Positions 44,018 through 55,754 of a stretch of 64,000 bases of DNA are shown in pieces. Position 1 is the first letter of the stretch; every line of letters begins with the position of its first letter. Made by a program: the position numbers and the translations under genes. This stretch comes from Escherichia coli (GTDB taxonomy: Bacteria; Pseudomonadota; Gammaproteobacteria; Enterobacterales; Enterobacteriaceae). The notes below the pieces were generated by a model. That model had not been told where the DNA came from, did no database searches, and was given only the letters and a program-made list of their open reading frames with translations. Where the stretch lies: NCBI RefSeq assembly GCF_001677475.2, contig NZ_CP015229.1. One strand, given 5' to 3'.

Positions 44018-47000
44018 GTGAAGTTTTTTGCCCTCTTCATTTACCGCCCGGTGGCGACGATTTTACTGTCGGTCGCCATTACCCTTTGCGGCATACTGGG
44101 CTTCCGTATGCTGCCGGTCGCCCCGCTGCCGCAGGTCGATTTTCCGGTGATTATGGTCAGCGCCTCGCTGCCCGGTGCGTCACCTGAAACAATGGCGTCT
44201 TCCGTTGCCACGCCGCTGGAGCGCTCACTTGGGCGCATTGCCGGAGTCAGCGAAATGACCTCCAGCAGTTCGCTCGGCAGCACGCGGATTATTTTGCAGT
44301 TTGATTTTGACCGGGATATCAACGGCGCAGCGCGTGATGTGCAGGCGGCGATCAACGCTGCACAAAGTTTGCTGCCCAGCGGGATGCCAAGCCGTCCGAC
44401 CTATCGCAAAGCGAACCCGTCGGATGCGCCAATTATGATCCTGACGCTAACCTCCGATACTTATTCGCAAGGTGAACTGTACGATTTCGCCTCAACACAG
44501 CTTGCCCCGACGATTGCGCAAATCGACGGTGTCGGTGATGTCGATGTTGGCGGCAGCTCGCTGCCCGCCGTGCGCGTCGGGCTGAATCCGCAGGCGCTGT
44601 TTAATCAGGGCGTATCGCTGGACGACGTACGCACTGCCATCAGCAATGCCAACGTGCGTAAACCGCAGGGGGCGCTGGAAGATGGCACTCACCGCTGGCA
44701 GATCCAGACCAATGATGAGCTAAAAACCGCCGCTGAATATCAGCCGTTGATTATTCATTACAACAACGGCGGCGCGGTTCGTCTGGGTGATGTGGCGACG
44801 GTGACAGACTCGGTGCAGGATGTGCGCAACGCCGGGATGACCAACGCCAAACCGGCTATTTTGCTGATGATCCGCAAGCTGCCGGAAGCCAATATTATCC
44901 AGACGGTTGACAGCATCCGGGCAAAATTACCGGAGTTGCAGGAGACCATTCCGGCGGCGATTGATCTGCAAATTGCCCAGGATCGCTCCCCCACCATTCG
45001 CGCCTCGCTGGAAGAAGTCGAGCAAACGCTGATTATCTCGGTGGCGCTGGTGATTCTGGTGGTGTTTTTATTCCTGCGCTCGGGTCGCGCCACTATTATT
45101 CCCGCCGTTGCGGTGCCGGTTTCGCTGATTGGTACGTTTGCGGCGATGTACCTGTGCGGTTTCAGTCTCAATAATCTTTCGTTAATGGCGCTCACCATCG
45201 CTACTGGTTTCGTGGTGGATGACGCCATCGTAGTGCTGGAAAACATTGCCCGTCATCTGGAAGCGGGGATGAAACCGCTACAGGCCGCGCTGCAAGGCAC
45301 CCGTGAAGTCGGATTTACGGTGCTGTCGATGAGTCTGTCACTGGTGGCGGTGTTCCTGCCGCTGCTGTTGATGGGCGGATTGCCGGGCCGACTGTTACGC
45401 GAATTTGCCGTGACGCTTTCAGTCGCCATTGGGATTTCGTTGCTGGTTTCCCTCACGCTAACGCCGATGATGTGCGGCTGGATGCTAAAAGCCAGCAAGC
45501 CGCGCGAGCAAAAGCGACTGCGTGGTTTTGGTCGCATGTTGGTAGCCCTGCAACAAGGCTATGGCAAGTCGCTGAAATGGGTGCTCAATCATACCCGTCT
45601 GGTTGGCGTGGTGCTGCTTGGCACCATTGCGCTGAATATCTGGCTATATATCTCGATCCCGAAAACCTTCTTCCCGGAGCAGGACACCGGCGTGTTGATG
45701 GGCGGGATACAGGCGGATCAGAGTATTTCGTTTCAGGCAATGCGCGGCAAATTGCAGGATTTCATGAAAATTATCCGTGACGATCCGGCAGTGGATAATG
45801 TCACCGGATTTACCGGCGGTTCGCGAGTGAACAGCGGGATGATGTTTATCACCCTCAAGCCACGCGACGAACGCAGCGAAACGGCGCAGCAAATTATCGA
45901 CCGTCTGCGGGTGAAGCTGGCGAAAGAACCGGGGGCGAATCTGTTCCTGATGGCGGTACAGGATATTCGCGTTGGTGGGCGTCAGTCGAACGCCAGCTAC
46001 CAGTACACGTTGTTATCCGACGACCTGGCGGCACTGCGCGAATGGGAGCCGAAAATCCGCAAAAAACTGGCGACGTTGCCAGAATTGGCGGACGTGAACT
46101 CCGATCAGCAGGATAACGGCGCGGAGATGAATCTGGTTTACGATCGCGACACCATGGCGCGGCTGGGAATCGACGTGCAGGCCGCCAACAGCCTGTTAAA
46201 TAACGCCTTCGGTCAGCGGCAAATCTCGACCATTTACCAGCCGATGAACCAGTACAAAGTGGTGATGGAAGTGGATCCGCGCTATACCCAGGACATCAGC
46301 GCGCTGGAAAAAATGTTCGTTATCAATAACGAAGGAAAAGCGATCCCACTGTCGTATTTCGCTAAATGGCAACCGGCGAATGCCCCGCTGTCGGTGAATC
46401 ATCAGGGATTATCGGCGGCCTCGACCATCTCGTTCAACCTGCCGACCGGAAAATCGCTCTCGGACGCCAGTGCGGCGATCGATCGCGCAATGACCCAGCT
46501 TGGTGTGCCTTCGACGGTGCGCGGCAGTTTTGCCGGAACAGCGCAGGTGTTCCAGGAGACGATGAACTCACAGGTGATCCTGATTATCGCCGCCATCGCC
46601 ACGGTCTATATCGTGCTGGGTATCCTTTACGAGAGTTACGTACATCCGTTGACGATTCTCTCCACCCTGCCCTCGGCGGGCGTTGGGGCGCTGTTGGCGC
46701 TGGAGCTGTTCAATGCCCCGTTCAGCCTAATCGCCCTAATAGGGATCATGCTATTAATCGGCATCGTGAAGAAAAACGCCATTATGATGGTCGATTTTGC
46801 GCTTGAAGCCCAACGGCACGGTAACCTCACGCCGCAGGAAGCTATTTTCCAGGCCTGTCTGCTGCGTTTTCGCCCGATTATGATGACTACCCTGGCGGCG
46901 CTGTTTGGCGCGCTGCCGCTGGTATTGTCGGGCGGTGACGGTTCGGAGCTGCGGCAACCCCTGGGGATCACCATTGTCGGCGGTCTGGTAATGAGCCAGC

Positions 47001-47095
47001 TTCTGACGCTGTATACCACACCGGTGGTGTATCTCTTTTTCGACCGTCTGCGGCTGCGTTTTTCGCGTAAACCTAAACAAACGGTAACCGAGTAA
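44018..47095 (+). CDS. mdtC: RND multidrug efflux transporter MdtC
   Basis: 1025-aa [46 protein letters not shown]... Confidence 0.9.
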   Translation: MKFFALFIYRPVATILLSVAITLCGILGFRMLPVAPLPQVDFPVIMVSASLPGASPETMASSVATPLERSLGRIAGVSEMTSSSSLGSTRIILQFDFDRDINGAARDVQAAINAAQSLLPSGMPSRPTYRKANPSDAPIMILTLTSDTYSQGELYDFASTQLAPTIAQIDGVGDVDVGGSSLPAVRVGLNPQALFNQGVSLDDVRTAISNANVRKPQGALEDGTHRWQIQTNDELKTAAEYQPLIIHYNNGGAVRLGDVATVTDSVQDVRNAGMTNAKPAILLMIRKLPEANIIQTVDSIRAKLPELQETIPAAIDLQIAQDRSPTIRASLEEVEQTLIISVALVILVVFLFLRSGRATIIPAVAVPVSLIGTFAAMYLCGFSLNNLSLMALTIATGFVVDDAIVVLENIARHLEAGMKPLQAALQGTREVGFTVLSMSLSLVAVFLPLLLMGGLPGRLLREFAVTLSVAIGISLLVSLTLTPMMCGWMLKASKPREQKRLRGFGRMLVALQQGYGKSLKWVLNHTRLVGVVLLGTIALNIWLYISIPKTFFPEQDTGVLMGGIQADQSISFQAMRGKLQDFMKIIRDDPAVDNVTGFTGGSRVNSGMMFITLKPRDERSETAQQIIDRLRVKLAKEPGANLFLMAVQDIRVGGRQSNASYQYTLLSDDLAALREWEPKIRKKLATLPELADVNSDQQDNGAEMNLVYDRDTMARLGIDVQAANSLLNNAFGQRQISTIYQPMNQYKVVMEVDPRYTQDISALEKMFVINNEGKAIPLSYFAKWQPANAPLSVNHQGLSAASTISFNLPTGKSLSDASAAIDRAMTQLGVPSTVRGSFAGTAQVFQETMNSQVILIIAAIATVYIVLGILYESYVHPLTILSTLPSAGVGALLALELFNAPFSLIALIGIMLLIGIVKKNAIMMVDFALEAQRHGNLTPQEAIFQACLLRFRPIMMTTLAALFGALPLVLSGGDGSELRQPLGITIVGGLVMSQLLTLYTTPVVYLFFDRLRLRFSRKPKQTVTE

Positions 47096-48511
47096 ATGAC
47101 AGATCTTCCCGACAGCACCCGCTGGCAATTGTGGATTGTGGCTTTCGGCTTCTTTATGCAGTCGCTGGACACCACCATCGTAAACACTGCCCTTCCCTCA
47201 ATGGCACAAAGCCTCGGGGAAAGTCCGTTGCATATGCACATGGTCATTGTCTCTTATGTACTGACCGTGGCGGTGATGCTGCCCGCCAGCGGCTGGCTGG
47301 CGGACAAAGTCGGCGTGCGCAATATTTTCTTTACCGCCATCGTGCTGTTTACTCTCGGTTCACTGTTTTGCGCGCTTTCCGGCACGCTGAACGAACTGTT
47401 GCTGGCACGCGCGTTACAGGGCGTTGGCGGTGCGATGATGGTGCCGGTCGGCAGGTTAACGGTGATGAAAATCGTACCGCGCGAGCAATATATGGCGGCA
47501 ATGACCTTTGTCACGTTACCCGGTCAGGTCGGTCCGCTGCTCGGTCCGGCGCTCGGCGGTCTGCTGGTGGAATACGCGTCGTGGCACTGGATCTTTTTGA
47601 TCAACATTCCGGTGGGAATTATCGGTGCGATCGCCACATTGATGTTAATGCCGAACTACACCATGCAGACGCGGCGCTTTGATCTTTCCGGCTTTTTATT
47701 GCTGGCGGTTGGCATGGCGGTATTAACCCTGGCGCTGGACGGCAGTAAAGGTACAGGTTTATCGCCGCTGGCGATTGCTGGCCTGGTCGCAGTTGGCGTG
47801 GTGGCACTGGTGCTTTATCTGCTGCACGCCAGAAATAACAACCGCGCCCTGTTCAGTCTGAAACTGTTCCGTACTCGTTCCTTTTCGCTGGGCCTGGCGG
47901 GGAGTTTTGCCGGACGTATTGGCAGTGGCATGTTGCCCTTTATGACACCGGTTTTCCTGCAAATTGGCCTTGGCTTCTCACCGTTTCATGCCGGACTGAT
48001 GATGATCCCGATGGTGCTTGGCAGCATGGGAATGAAGCGAATTGTTGTTCAGGTGGTGAATCGCTTTGGCTACCGTCGGGTACTGGTAGCGACCACGCTG
48101 GGTCTGTCGCTGGTCACCCTGTTGTTTATGACTACCGCTCTGTTGGGCTGGTACTACGTTTTGCCGTTCGTCCTGTTTTTACAAGGGATGGTCAACTCGA
48201 CCCGTTTCTCCTCCATGAACACCCTGACGCTGAAAGATCTCCCGGACAATCTGGCGAGCAGCGGCAACAGTCTGCTGTCGATGATTATGCAATTGTCGAT
48301 GAGTATCGGCGTCACAATCGCCGGGCTGTTGCTGGGACTTTTTGGTTCGCAGCATGTCAGCGTCGACAGCGGCACCACACAAACCGTCTTTATGTACACC
48401 TGGCTTAGCATGGCGTTTATCATCGCCCTTCCGGCGTTCATCTTTGCCAGAGTGCCGAACGATACGCATCAAAATGTAGCTATTTCGCGGCGAAAAAGGA
48501 GCGCGCAATGA
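47096..48511 (+). CDS. mdtD: MFS transporter MdtD
   Basis: 471-aa [44 protein letters not shown]...; 14-TM MFS. Confidence 0.9.
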   Translation: MTDLPDSTRWQLWIVAFGFFMQSLDTTIVNTALPSMAQSLGESPLHMHMVIVSYVLTVAVMLPASGWLADKVGVRNIFFTAIVLFTLGSLFCALSGTLNELLLARALQGVGGAMMVPVGRLTVMKIVPREQYMAAMTFVTLPGQVGPLLGPALGGLLVEYASWHWIFLINIPVGIIGAIATLMLMPNYTMQTRRFDLSGFLLLAVGMAVLTLALDGSKGTGLSPLAIAGLVAVGVVALVLYLLHARNNNRALFSLKLFRTRSFSLGLAGSFAGRIGSGMLPFMTPVFLQIGLGFSPFHAGLMMIPMVLGSMGMKRIVVQVVNRFGYRRVLVATTLGLSLVTLLFMTTALLGWYYVLPFVLFLQGMVNSTRFSSMNTLTLKDLPDNLASSGNSLLSMIMQLSMSIGVTIAGLLLGLFGSQHVSVDSGTTQTVFMYTWLSMAFIIALPAFIFARVPNDTHQNVAISRRKRSAQ

Positions 48512-49911
48512 AGTTTTGGCGACCCGGTATTACCGGCAAACTGTTTCTGGCGATTTTCGCCACCTGCATTGTCTTGCTGATCAGTATGCACTGGGCGGTG
48601 CGTATCAGTTTTGAGCGTGGCTTTATTGATTACATCAAGCATGGTAATGAACAGCGATTACAACTGTTAAGTGATGCGCTTGGCGAGCAGTATGCGCAAC
48701 ATGGCAACTGGCGCTTCCTGCGCAACAATGATCGCTTTGTCTTTCAGATCCTGCGTTCATTTGAACACGATAATTCGGAAGATAAACCCGGCCCGGGTAT
48801 GCCACCACACGGCTGGCGTACTCAGTTCTGGGTGGTTGATCAAAACAACAAAGTGCTGGTTGGTCCGCGAGCGCCGATTCCACCTGACGGTACACGGCGA
48901 CCCATTCTGGTCAACGGTGCGGAAGTGGGCGCGGTGATTGCCTCCCCCGTTGAGCGGCTGACCCGCAATACTGATATCAATTTCGATAAACAACAACGGC
49001 AAACCAGCTGGCTGATTGTCGCCCTGGCAACGTTACTCGCGGCACTCGCCACTTTTCTGCTGGCGCGCGGTTTGCTGGCACCGGTAAAACGACTTGTCGA
49101 TGGCACGCACAAACTGGCGGCAGGCGATTTCACTACCCGCGTAACGCCCACCAGTGAAGATGAACTGGGCAAACTGGCGCAAGACTTCAACCAGCTTGCC
49201 AGCACGCTGGAGAAAAACCAGCAAATGCGGCGCGATTTTATGGCCGATATTTCTCACGAACTGCGTACGCCATTAGCGGTGCTGCGCGGTGAACTGGAAG
49301 CCATTCAGGATGGCGTGCGCAAATTCACGCCGGAGACGGTGGCGTCTTTACAGGCGGAGGTCGGTACACTGACCAAACTGGTTGACGATCTTCATCAGTT
49401 GTCGATGTCTGATGAAGGCGCTCTCGCCTATCAAAAAGCACCGGTAGATTTGATCCCACTGCTGGAAGTGGCGGGCGGCGCATTTCGCGAACGATTTGCC
49501 AGCCGTGGCCTGAAACTGCAATTTTCCCTGCCAGACAGTATCACCGTATTTGGCGATCGCGACCGTTTAATGCAGTTATTCAATAACTTACTTGAAAACA
49601 GCCTGCGCTACACTGACAGCGGCGGCAGCCTGAAAATCTCTGCCGAGCAGCACGACAAAACGGTGCGCCTGACCTTTGCCGACAGTGCGCCAGGTGTCAG
49701 TGACGATCAGCTACAAAAATTGTTTGAACGTTTTTATCGCACCGAAGGTTCCCGCAACCGCGCCAGCGGCGGTTCCGGGCTGGGGCTGGCGATTTGCCTG
49801 AACATTGTTGAAGCACATAATGGCCGCATTATTGCTGCCCATTCGCCTTTTGGCGGGGTAAGCATTACAGTAGAGTTACCGCTGGAACGGGATTTACAGA
49901 GAGAAGTATGA
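48508..49911 (+). CDS. baeS: Envelope-stress sensor histidine kinase BaeS
   Basis: 467-aa ORF with HAMP, H-box (ISHELRTPL) and HATPase_c ([10 protein letters not shown]) motifs. Confidence 0.9.
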
Positions 49912-50630
49912 CCGAGTTACCAATCGACGAAAACACACCGCGTATTTTGATCGTGGAAGATGAACCGAAGCTGGGGCAGTTGCTCATTGATTATCTGCGT
50001 GCTGCGAGCTATGCGCCGACGCTTATCAGCCACGGCGATCAGGTACTGCCGTATGTGCGCCAGACACCACCGGATCTGATCCTGTTGGATCTGATGCTCC
50101 CTGGCACCGATGGCTTGACGCTGTGCCGGGAAATTCGTCGTTTTTCTGACATTCCTATCGTGATGGTGACGGCAAAAATCGAAGAGATCGACCGCCTGCT
50201 CGGACTGGAGATTGGCGCAGATGATTATATCTGTAAGCCGTACAGCCCACGGGAAGTGGTAGCGCGCGTCAAAACCATTTTGCGCCGTTGCAAACCGCAG
50301 CGCGAGTTGCAGCAACAGGATGCTGAAAGCCCGTTGATTATCGACGAAGGTCGTTTTCAGGCTTCATGGCGTGGTAAAATGCTTGACCTGACGCCTGCGG
50401 AATTTCGTCTGCTGAAAACGCTCTCTCATGAACCAGGAAAAGTGTTCTCCCGCGAGCAATTGCTCAATCATCTTTATGACGACTACCGCGTAGTAACCGA
50501 CCGCACCATCGACAGCCACATTAAAAACCTGCGCCGCAAGCTGGAATCTCTCGACGCCGAACAGTCATTTATCCGCGCCGTTTACGGCGTTGGTTACCGC
50601 TGGGAAGCCGACGCCTGCCGCATCGTTTAG
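49908..50630 (+). CDS. baeR: OmpR-family response regulator BaeR
   Basis: 240-aa [33 protein letters not shown]...; REC plus winged-helix domains; overlaps baeS by 4 bp. Confidence 0.9.
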
Positions 50631-50820
50631 TTTTAGCGACATTACTTTGTTAGCCGGAGATGGCGTTCAGACCAGATCCGGCAACATTATCCCACGCATG
50701 GTCAGCAAACTGACATTATCTCTCCGCCCTGGCAGGTATCAGAAAATCGCTCATACTTTAATCGGTAAACAGCACCTTTAGATGCTGTTTTCGATACGCA
50801 ATTTCAATCAAGGAGTCATT

Positions 50821-51153
50821 ATGGCTGGTTGGTTTGAACTCAGTAAGAGCAGTGATAATCAGTTCCGGTTTGTGCTAAAAGCGGGCAATGGTGAGACTAT
50901 CCTCACCAGCGAGCTGTATACCTCAAAAGCCTCTGCGGAAAAGGGCATTGCGTCGGTGCGTAGCAACAGCCCGCAAGAAGAACGCTATGAGAAAAAAACG
51001 GCAAGCAACGGCAAATTCTATTTCAATCTGAAAGCCGCCAATCATCAAATTATCGGCTCCAGCCAGATGTACGCCACCGCGCAATCTCGTGAAACCGGAA
51101 TTGCCTCCGTTAAAGCCAATGGCACAAGCCAGACGGTGAAAGACAATACGTAA
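50821..51153 (+). CDS. yegP: UPF0339 (tandem DUF1508) protein YegP
   Basis: ORF 50782..51153 trimmed to MAGWFELSKSSDNQFRFVLKAGNGETILTSELY... (110 aa) with RBS aaggag; two internal repeats (FRFVLKA.., FYFNLKA..). Confidence 0.85.
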   Translation: MAGWFELSKSSDNQFRFVLKAGNGETILTSELYTSKASAEKGIASVRSNSPQEERYEKKTASNGKFYFNLKAANHQIIGSSQMYATAQSRETGIASVKANGTSQTVKDNT

Positions 51154-51299
51154 TTACGATGCCGGGCGTGGGTTGTTGGCGTCCGGCGCTTTACCAGATA
51201 CCCCCACAGCGCTACAATGCCCGCCCTTAAAGTGGGGGCACTCCCCTAACCGCTTCATCAGGTGAAGCGGATCTGACCTGTCATCAGAACGAGAGAATT

Positions 51300-52661
51300 A
51301 TGTTTAAACCGGAACTCCTTTCCCCGGCGGGAACGCTGAAAAATATGCGTTACGCTTTCGCTTATGGCGCAGATGCTGTTTATGCGGGCCAGCCGCGTTA
51401 CTCCCTGCGTGTGCGCAACAACGAATTCAACCACGAAAATCTTCAGCTCGGCATCAATGAAGCCCACGCGCTGGGGAAAAAGTTTTATGTCGTGGTCAAC
51501 ATTGCACCGCACAACGCCAAGCTGAAAACTTTTATCCGTGACCTGAAACCGGTGGTGGAAATGGGGCCGGATGCGCTGATTATGTCCGATCCAGGGCTGA
51601 TTATGCTGGTGCGTGAGCACTTCCCTGAAATGCCGATCCATCTCTCGGTACAGGCTAACGCCGTGAACTGGGCGACGGTGAAATTCTGGCAGCAAATGGG
51701 CCTGACCCGCGTGATCCTCTCTCGCGAGCTGTCGCTGGAAGAGATTGAAGAGATCCGCAATCAGGTGCCAGATATGGAGATCGAAATCTTCGTTCACGGC
51801 GCGCTGTGCATGGCCTACTCCGGTCGCTGCCTGCTCTCTGGCTATATCAACAAGCGCGACCCGAACCAGGGCACCTGCACCAACGCCTGCCGCTGGGAGT
51901 ACAACGTCCAGGAAGGGAAAGAAGATGACGTTGGCAACATCGTACACAAGTACGAGCCGATTCCGGTGCAAAATGTTGAGCCGACGCTGGGTATCGGCGC
52001 GCCAACCGACAAAGTGTTTATGATCGAAGAAGCCCAGCGTCCGGGCGAGTATATGACCGCGTTTGAAGATGAGCACGGCACTTACATCATGAACTCGAAA
52101 GATCTGCGCGCCATCGCCCATGTAGAACGCCTGACCAAAATGGGCGTGCATTCGCTGAAAATCGAAGGTCGTACCAAATCTTTCTACTATTGCGCACGCA
52201 CCGCGCAGGTTTACCGTAAAGCTATCGATGACGCCGCTGCGGGCAAACCGTTCGATACCAGCCTGCTGGAAACTCTGGAAGGTCTGGCGCATCGTGGCTA
52301 TACCGAAGGTTTCCTGCGTCGTCATACTCACGACGATTATCAGAACTACGAATACGGTTATTCAGTTTCTGACCGCCAGCAGTTTGTTGGTGAGTTTACC
52401 GGTGAGCGCAAGGGGGACCTCGCGGCGGTAGCGGTGAAAAATAAATTCTCCGTTGGCGACAGCCTGGAGCTGATGACGCCGCAAGGCAACATTAACTTTA
52501 CCCTTGAGCACATGGAAAACGCCAAAGGCGAAGCTATGCCGGTAGCACCAGGCGATGGTTATACTGTGTGGCTCCCGGTGCCGCAGGATCTTGAGCTAAA
52601 TTACGCGCTGCTGATGCGTAATTTCTCCGGGGAAACCACGCGTAACCCCCACGGTAAGTGA
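51300..52661 (+). CDS. trhP: Peptidase U32-family protein YegQ / TrhP (tRNA 5-hydroxyuridine synthesis)
   Basis: 453-aa ORF MFKPELLSPAGTLKNMRYAFAYGADAVYAGQPRYSLR...; U32 family. Confidence 0.85.
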   Translation: MFKPELLSPAGTLKNMRYAFAYGADAVYAGQPRYSLRVRNNEFNHENLQLGINEAHALGKKFYVVVNIAPHNAKLKTFIRDLKPVVEMGPDALIMSDPGLIMLVREHFPEMPIHLSVQANAVNWATVKFWQQMGLTRVILSRELSLEEIEEIRNQVPDMEIEIFVHGALCMAYSGRCLLSGYINKRDPNQGTCTNACRWEYNVQEGKEDDVGNIVHKYEPIPVQNVEPTLGIGAPTDKVFMIEEAQRPGEYMTAFEDEHGTYIMNSKDLRAIAHVERLTKMGVHSLKIEGRTKSFYYCARTAQVYRKAIDDAAAGKPFDTSLLETLEGLAHRGYTEGFLRRHTHDDYQNYEYGYSVSDRQQFVGEFTGERKGDLAAVAVKNKFSVGDSLELMTPQGNINFTLEHMENAKGEAMPVAPGDGYTVWLPVPQDLELNYALLMRNFSGETTRNPHGK

Positions 52662-52691
52662 TTAATTTCGATTATTTTTCCCGGATGGAAA

Positions 52692-52713
52692 ATTCTTAGA
52701 AACCGATCACATA
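52692..52713 (+). promoter_or_regulatory. Candidate CRP site of the cyaR promoter
   Basis: One good half-site TCACA (52707-11) with a weak partner ttaga; centred about 43 bp upstream of the cyaR 5' end; -10-like tatcat at 52733-38. Confidence 0.35.
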
Positions 52714-52745
52714 CAGCTGCATTTATTAAGGTTATCATCCGTTTC

Positions 52746-52832
52746 GCTGAAAAACATAACCCATAAAATGCTAGCTGTACCAGGAACCACCTCCTTAGCC
52801 TGTGTAATCTCCCTTACACGGGCTTATTTTTT
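52746..52832 (+). ncRNA. cyaR: CyaR (RyeE) Hfq-dependent sRNA
   Basis: gctgaaaaacataacccataaaatgctagctgtaccaggaaccacctccttagcctgtgtaatctcccttacacgggcttatttttt matches my memory of CyaR and ends in a terminator hairpin (gtgtaa...ttacac) plus T6. Confidence 0.85.
52806..52832. other. Phage P2-type attachment core, apparently unoccupied attB, at the cyaR 3' end
   Basis: aatctcccttacacgggcttatttttt is the reverse complement of the P2 att core AAAAAATAAGCCCGTGTAAGGGAGATT (from memory); no ogr-like or other phage ORF follows. Confidence 0.55.
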
Positions 52833-53160
52833 ATGCATAAGCCCTATCCCTGATAACCGTCTTCCATTGACCACATCGATAGAATCCCCCTTCATAGCAC
52901 GATGCCTTTCACTTAACGGCATCGTGCTCGCCCAGGTTCCGGCTACGCACGGCCAGAACGCGCATGTTTGACGCTTACCAAAAAATGAACCTAAAGCATT
53001 GGAATATTTTTGACATCATTTTCTGATGGCGGCATAGAATAAAAATTCTGCTTTAGTTTCATCTATCTGTTTGTCATTATTACTCACATTCAATAATGGT
53101 GTTGAAGAACATCTATCAGAGATAAAAATGAATGTGTCCATGGTAGTCTTGAATCTATTC

Positions 53161-53478
53161 TCACTCTCCACATTTGAATGTCAGACGAGCGACGCCATGT
53201 AATCCTGCACCTTCTGTCTTCAGGTCAACTATCTGCATTTTTTTGCCCTGAGTAACACAGAAATGGGCTGCATCATTTTTTACTATATTTTCTGCACCAG
53301 AAATTCTGCCCCTGGCTAAAGAAGCTTCGGCTTCGGTGTAGTATTGGTTATCGAGTTTACGCTGAATATTACTTTTATATGCAAGGCCAAATTTACCGAT
53401 ACTTGTCTCATCATTATGCACAGCACAACCAGACATAAGAAAAACACTAATTAATGATATAGCAGCTATCTTGTTCAC
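53161..53478 (-). CDS. yegR: Small putative lipoprotein, probably YegR
   Basis: ORF 53161..53538; probable GTG start giving (M)NKIAAISLISVFLMSGCAV... (105 aa) with lipobox LMSGC; position next to yegS. Confidence 0.55.
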   Translation of the reverse strand: MNKIAAISLISVFLMSGCAVHNDETSIGKFGLAYKSNIQRKLDNQYYTEAEASLARGRISGAENIVKNDAAHFCVTQGKKMQIVDLKTEGAGLHGVARLTFKCGE

Positions 53479-53894
53479 CTCACCTTCCCCCATTAAATAC
53501 CAACGACACTCTCTAGTGTTTAAATATAATAATGGCATGATTATTATAATTGAATAGGATTATAATAAATATTCTGTACAACATTTCCTACATAAGTAGG
53601 AATTACGGACATGGAGGCCCTTCCGGGTAACTCCATGGGGGGCTTTAATATATTTTGAATAGTATATTGAAGATGCCACTGTTTAGTTGAATTATTAGGT
53701 ATATGCTCTTTTTTGAAATTTATCGGTAGCTGCCGTTAGTATTCGCTGTCCCCATTGCAAGCTCCTGGTGGTAACCACTGAATCCTCCATACTTGAACTG
53801 ACTTTTTATCCTCCGACTTTCATCCTGTTCTGACTCCACCTTTTCTTTTCTGCTCTACACTATCTACAGACCAATCATAAAGGCACATACGATC

Positions 53895-54794
53895 ATGGCA
53901 GAATTTCCCGCCAGCTTACTGATTCTTAATGGCAAAAGTACTGACAATTTACCATTGCGCGAAGCAATTATGCTTTTGCGTGAGGAAGGAATGACGATCC
54001 ATGTGCGGGTCACCTGGGAGAAAGGTGATGCCGCACGATTTGTAGAGGAGGCCCGGAAGTTGGGCGTCGCAACGGTGATTGCCGGTGGTGGCGATGGCAC
54101 CATTAATGAAGTTTCTACGGCGTTGATTCAGTGTGAGGGGGATGACATACCCGCGCTGGGAATTTTGCCATTAGGAACCGCCAATGATTTTGCCACCAGT
54201 GTAGGGATTCCTGAGGCACTGGATAAGGCACTGAAACTGGCAATTGCCGGTAACGCCATTGCAATAGATATGGCGCAGGTCAACAAACAAACCTGTTTTA
54301 TTAATATGGCGACAGGCGGGTTTGGGACGCGTATTACCACAGAAACGCCGGAAAAATTAAAAGCCGCGCTGGGTGGCGTCTCTTACATCATTCATGGCTT
54401 AATGCGTATGGATACTCTGCAACCGGACCGTTGTGAAATCCGCGGTGAAAACTTTCACTGGCAAGGTGACGCCCTGGTCATTGGTATTGGTAACGGGCGT
54501 CAGGCCGGTGGCGGTCAACAATTGTGCCCGAACGCGTTAATTAACGATGGCTTGCTGCAACTGCGCATTTTTACCGGCGATGAAATTCTTCCGGCTCTCG
54601 TATCAACCTTAAAATCTGACGAAGATAACCCGAATATTATCGAAGGCGCTTCGTCGTGGTTTGATATACAAGCCCCACACGAAATCACTTTTAATCTTGA
54701 TGGCGAACCGTTGAGTGGGCAAAACTTCCATATTGAAATACTTCCGGCGGCGTTACGTTGTCGATTACCACCAGATTGTCCATTATTGCGTTAA
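53895..54794 (+). CDS. yegS: Lipid kinase YegS (DAGK_cat family)
   Basis: 299-aa [35 protein letters not shown]...GGDGTINEV... Confidence 0.9.
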   Translation: MAEFPASLLILNGKSTDNLPLREAIMLLREEGMTIHVRVTWEKGDAARFVEEARKLGVATVIAGGGDGTINEVSTALIQCEGDDIPALGILPLGTANDFATSVGIPEALDKALKLAIAGNAIAIDMAQVNKQTCFINMATGGFGTRITTETPEKLKAALGGVSYIIHGLMRMDTLQPDRCEIRGENFHWQGDALVIGIGNGRQAGGGQQLCPNALINDGLLQLRIFTGDEILPALVSTLKSDEDNPNIIEGASSWFDIQAPHEITFNLDGEPLSGQNFHIEILPAALRCRLPPDCPLLR

Positions 54795-54832
54795 TCAAAC
54801 TATTCTTTCTTGAACCAGGGAGAATCCGTAAT

Positions 54833-54866
54833 GCCGGATGCGGTGTAAACACCTTATCCGGCATAC
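54833..54866. repeat. REP element
   Basis: gccggatgcggtgtaaacaccttatccggcat between yegS and gatR. Confidence 0.7.
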
Positions 54867-54875
54867 AGAACAATA

Positions 54876-55655
54876 CTACACCGTAATTAATTTTACCCGT
54901 GTCTTCTGCAATGCCAGTTTATCCACCTCTGACACAGCATCATCGGTAATAATAATGTCGATTTTTTCGATTGGCAGTACCTGATTAAAACCACGACGGT
55001 TAAATTTCGATGAATCGAGAACGGCAATCACTTTATTAGCGGCGGTGACCATCGCCCCGCTAATCGAATAACCTTCATTAAAGGTCGTAATACCATTAAC
55101 CGCATCAATACCATCAGCACCGACAAACATTAAATCGGCATTAATATCCTGCAATGAACGCTCGGCAATGGAACCATGCATCGAGCGCGTTTTATGGCGG
55201 ACGGTGCCACCACAGACGACCAGAGTAATGTCTTTATTTTCGGAAAGGGCAAACGCTGCCGGGAGACTATTGGTAATCACCGTGATATTTTTGGCGGTCA
55301 TTAATCCTTCAGCGATAAGCATCGTCGTACTTCCGCTGTCGAGAATAACGGTCATCCCTTCGTGGATCATTTTGACTGCCGCCTGCGCTATTCTGTTTTT
55401 TGGCGCGCTGGCGAGCTGAAATCGCTCTTTAAACCCGACTTCCTGGGTCTCGATTTCACTATTACCAGACATTATTTTCGCCGCACCGCCATGAAAGCGC
55501 GTAACCACGCCTTTTTGTTCGAGAAAGCGCAAATCGGCACGGATTGTCGCTTCCGAGGCAGCAAATACTCCCGCCAGATCCTGAACAAGCACGGTTCCCT
55601 GTTCATTCACTAATTGGATGATCTTATTCCTTCGCTCGAATGAATTCATCGTCAT
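54876..55655 (-). CDS. gatR: DeoR-family galactitol operon repressor GatR, uninterrupted
   Basis: 259-aa ORF MTMNSFERRNKIIQLVNEQGTVLVQDLAGVFAASEATIRADLRFLEQKGVV...; continuous HTH plus sugar-binding domain; no IS sequence. Confidence 0.85.
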   Translation of the reverse strand: MTMNSFERRNKIIQLVNEQGTVLVQDLAGVFAASEATIRADLRFLEQKGVVTRFHGGAAKIMSGNSEIETQEVGFKERFQLASAPKNRIAQAAVKMIHEGMTVILDSGSTTMLIAEGLMTAKNITVITNSLPAAFALSENKDITLVVCGGTVRHKTRSMHGSIAERSLQDINADLMFVGADGIDAVNGITTFNEGYSISGAMVTAANKVIAVLDSSKFNRRGFNQVLPIEKIDIIITDDAVSEVDKLALQKTRVKLITV

Positions 55656-55714
55656 TTACCCATATTCAATTGTGGCTAGTGTAAACGAAGGGGGACCATT
55701 GGTGAATGATCTGT

Positions 55715-55750
55715 TTTGCACAATACCGGGCCAGCATCACGCTGGCCCGC
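55715..55750 (-). terminator. Candidate gat operon terminator
   Basis: cgggccagc-atcac-gctggcccg hairpin just downstream of the gatD stop; flanking U-run is weak. Confidence 0.3.
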
Positions 55751-55754
55751 GGTT

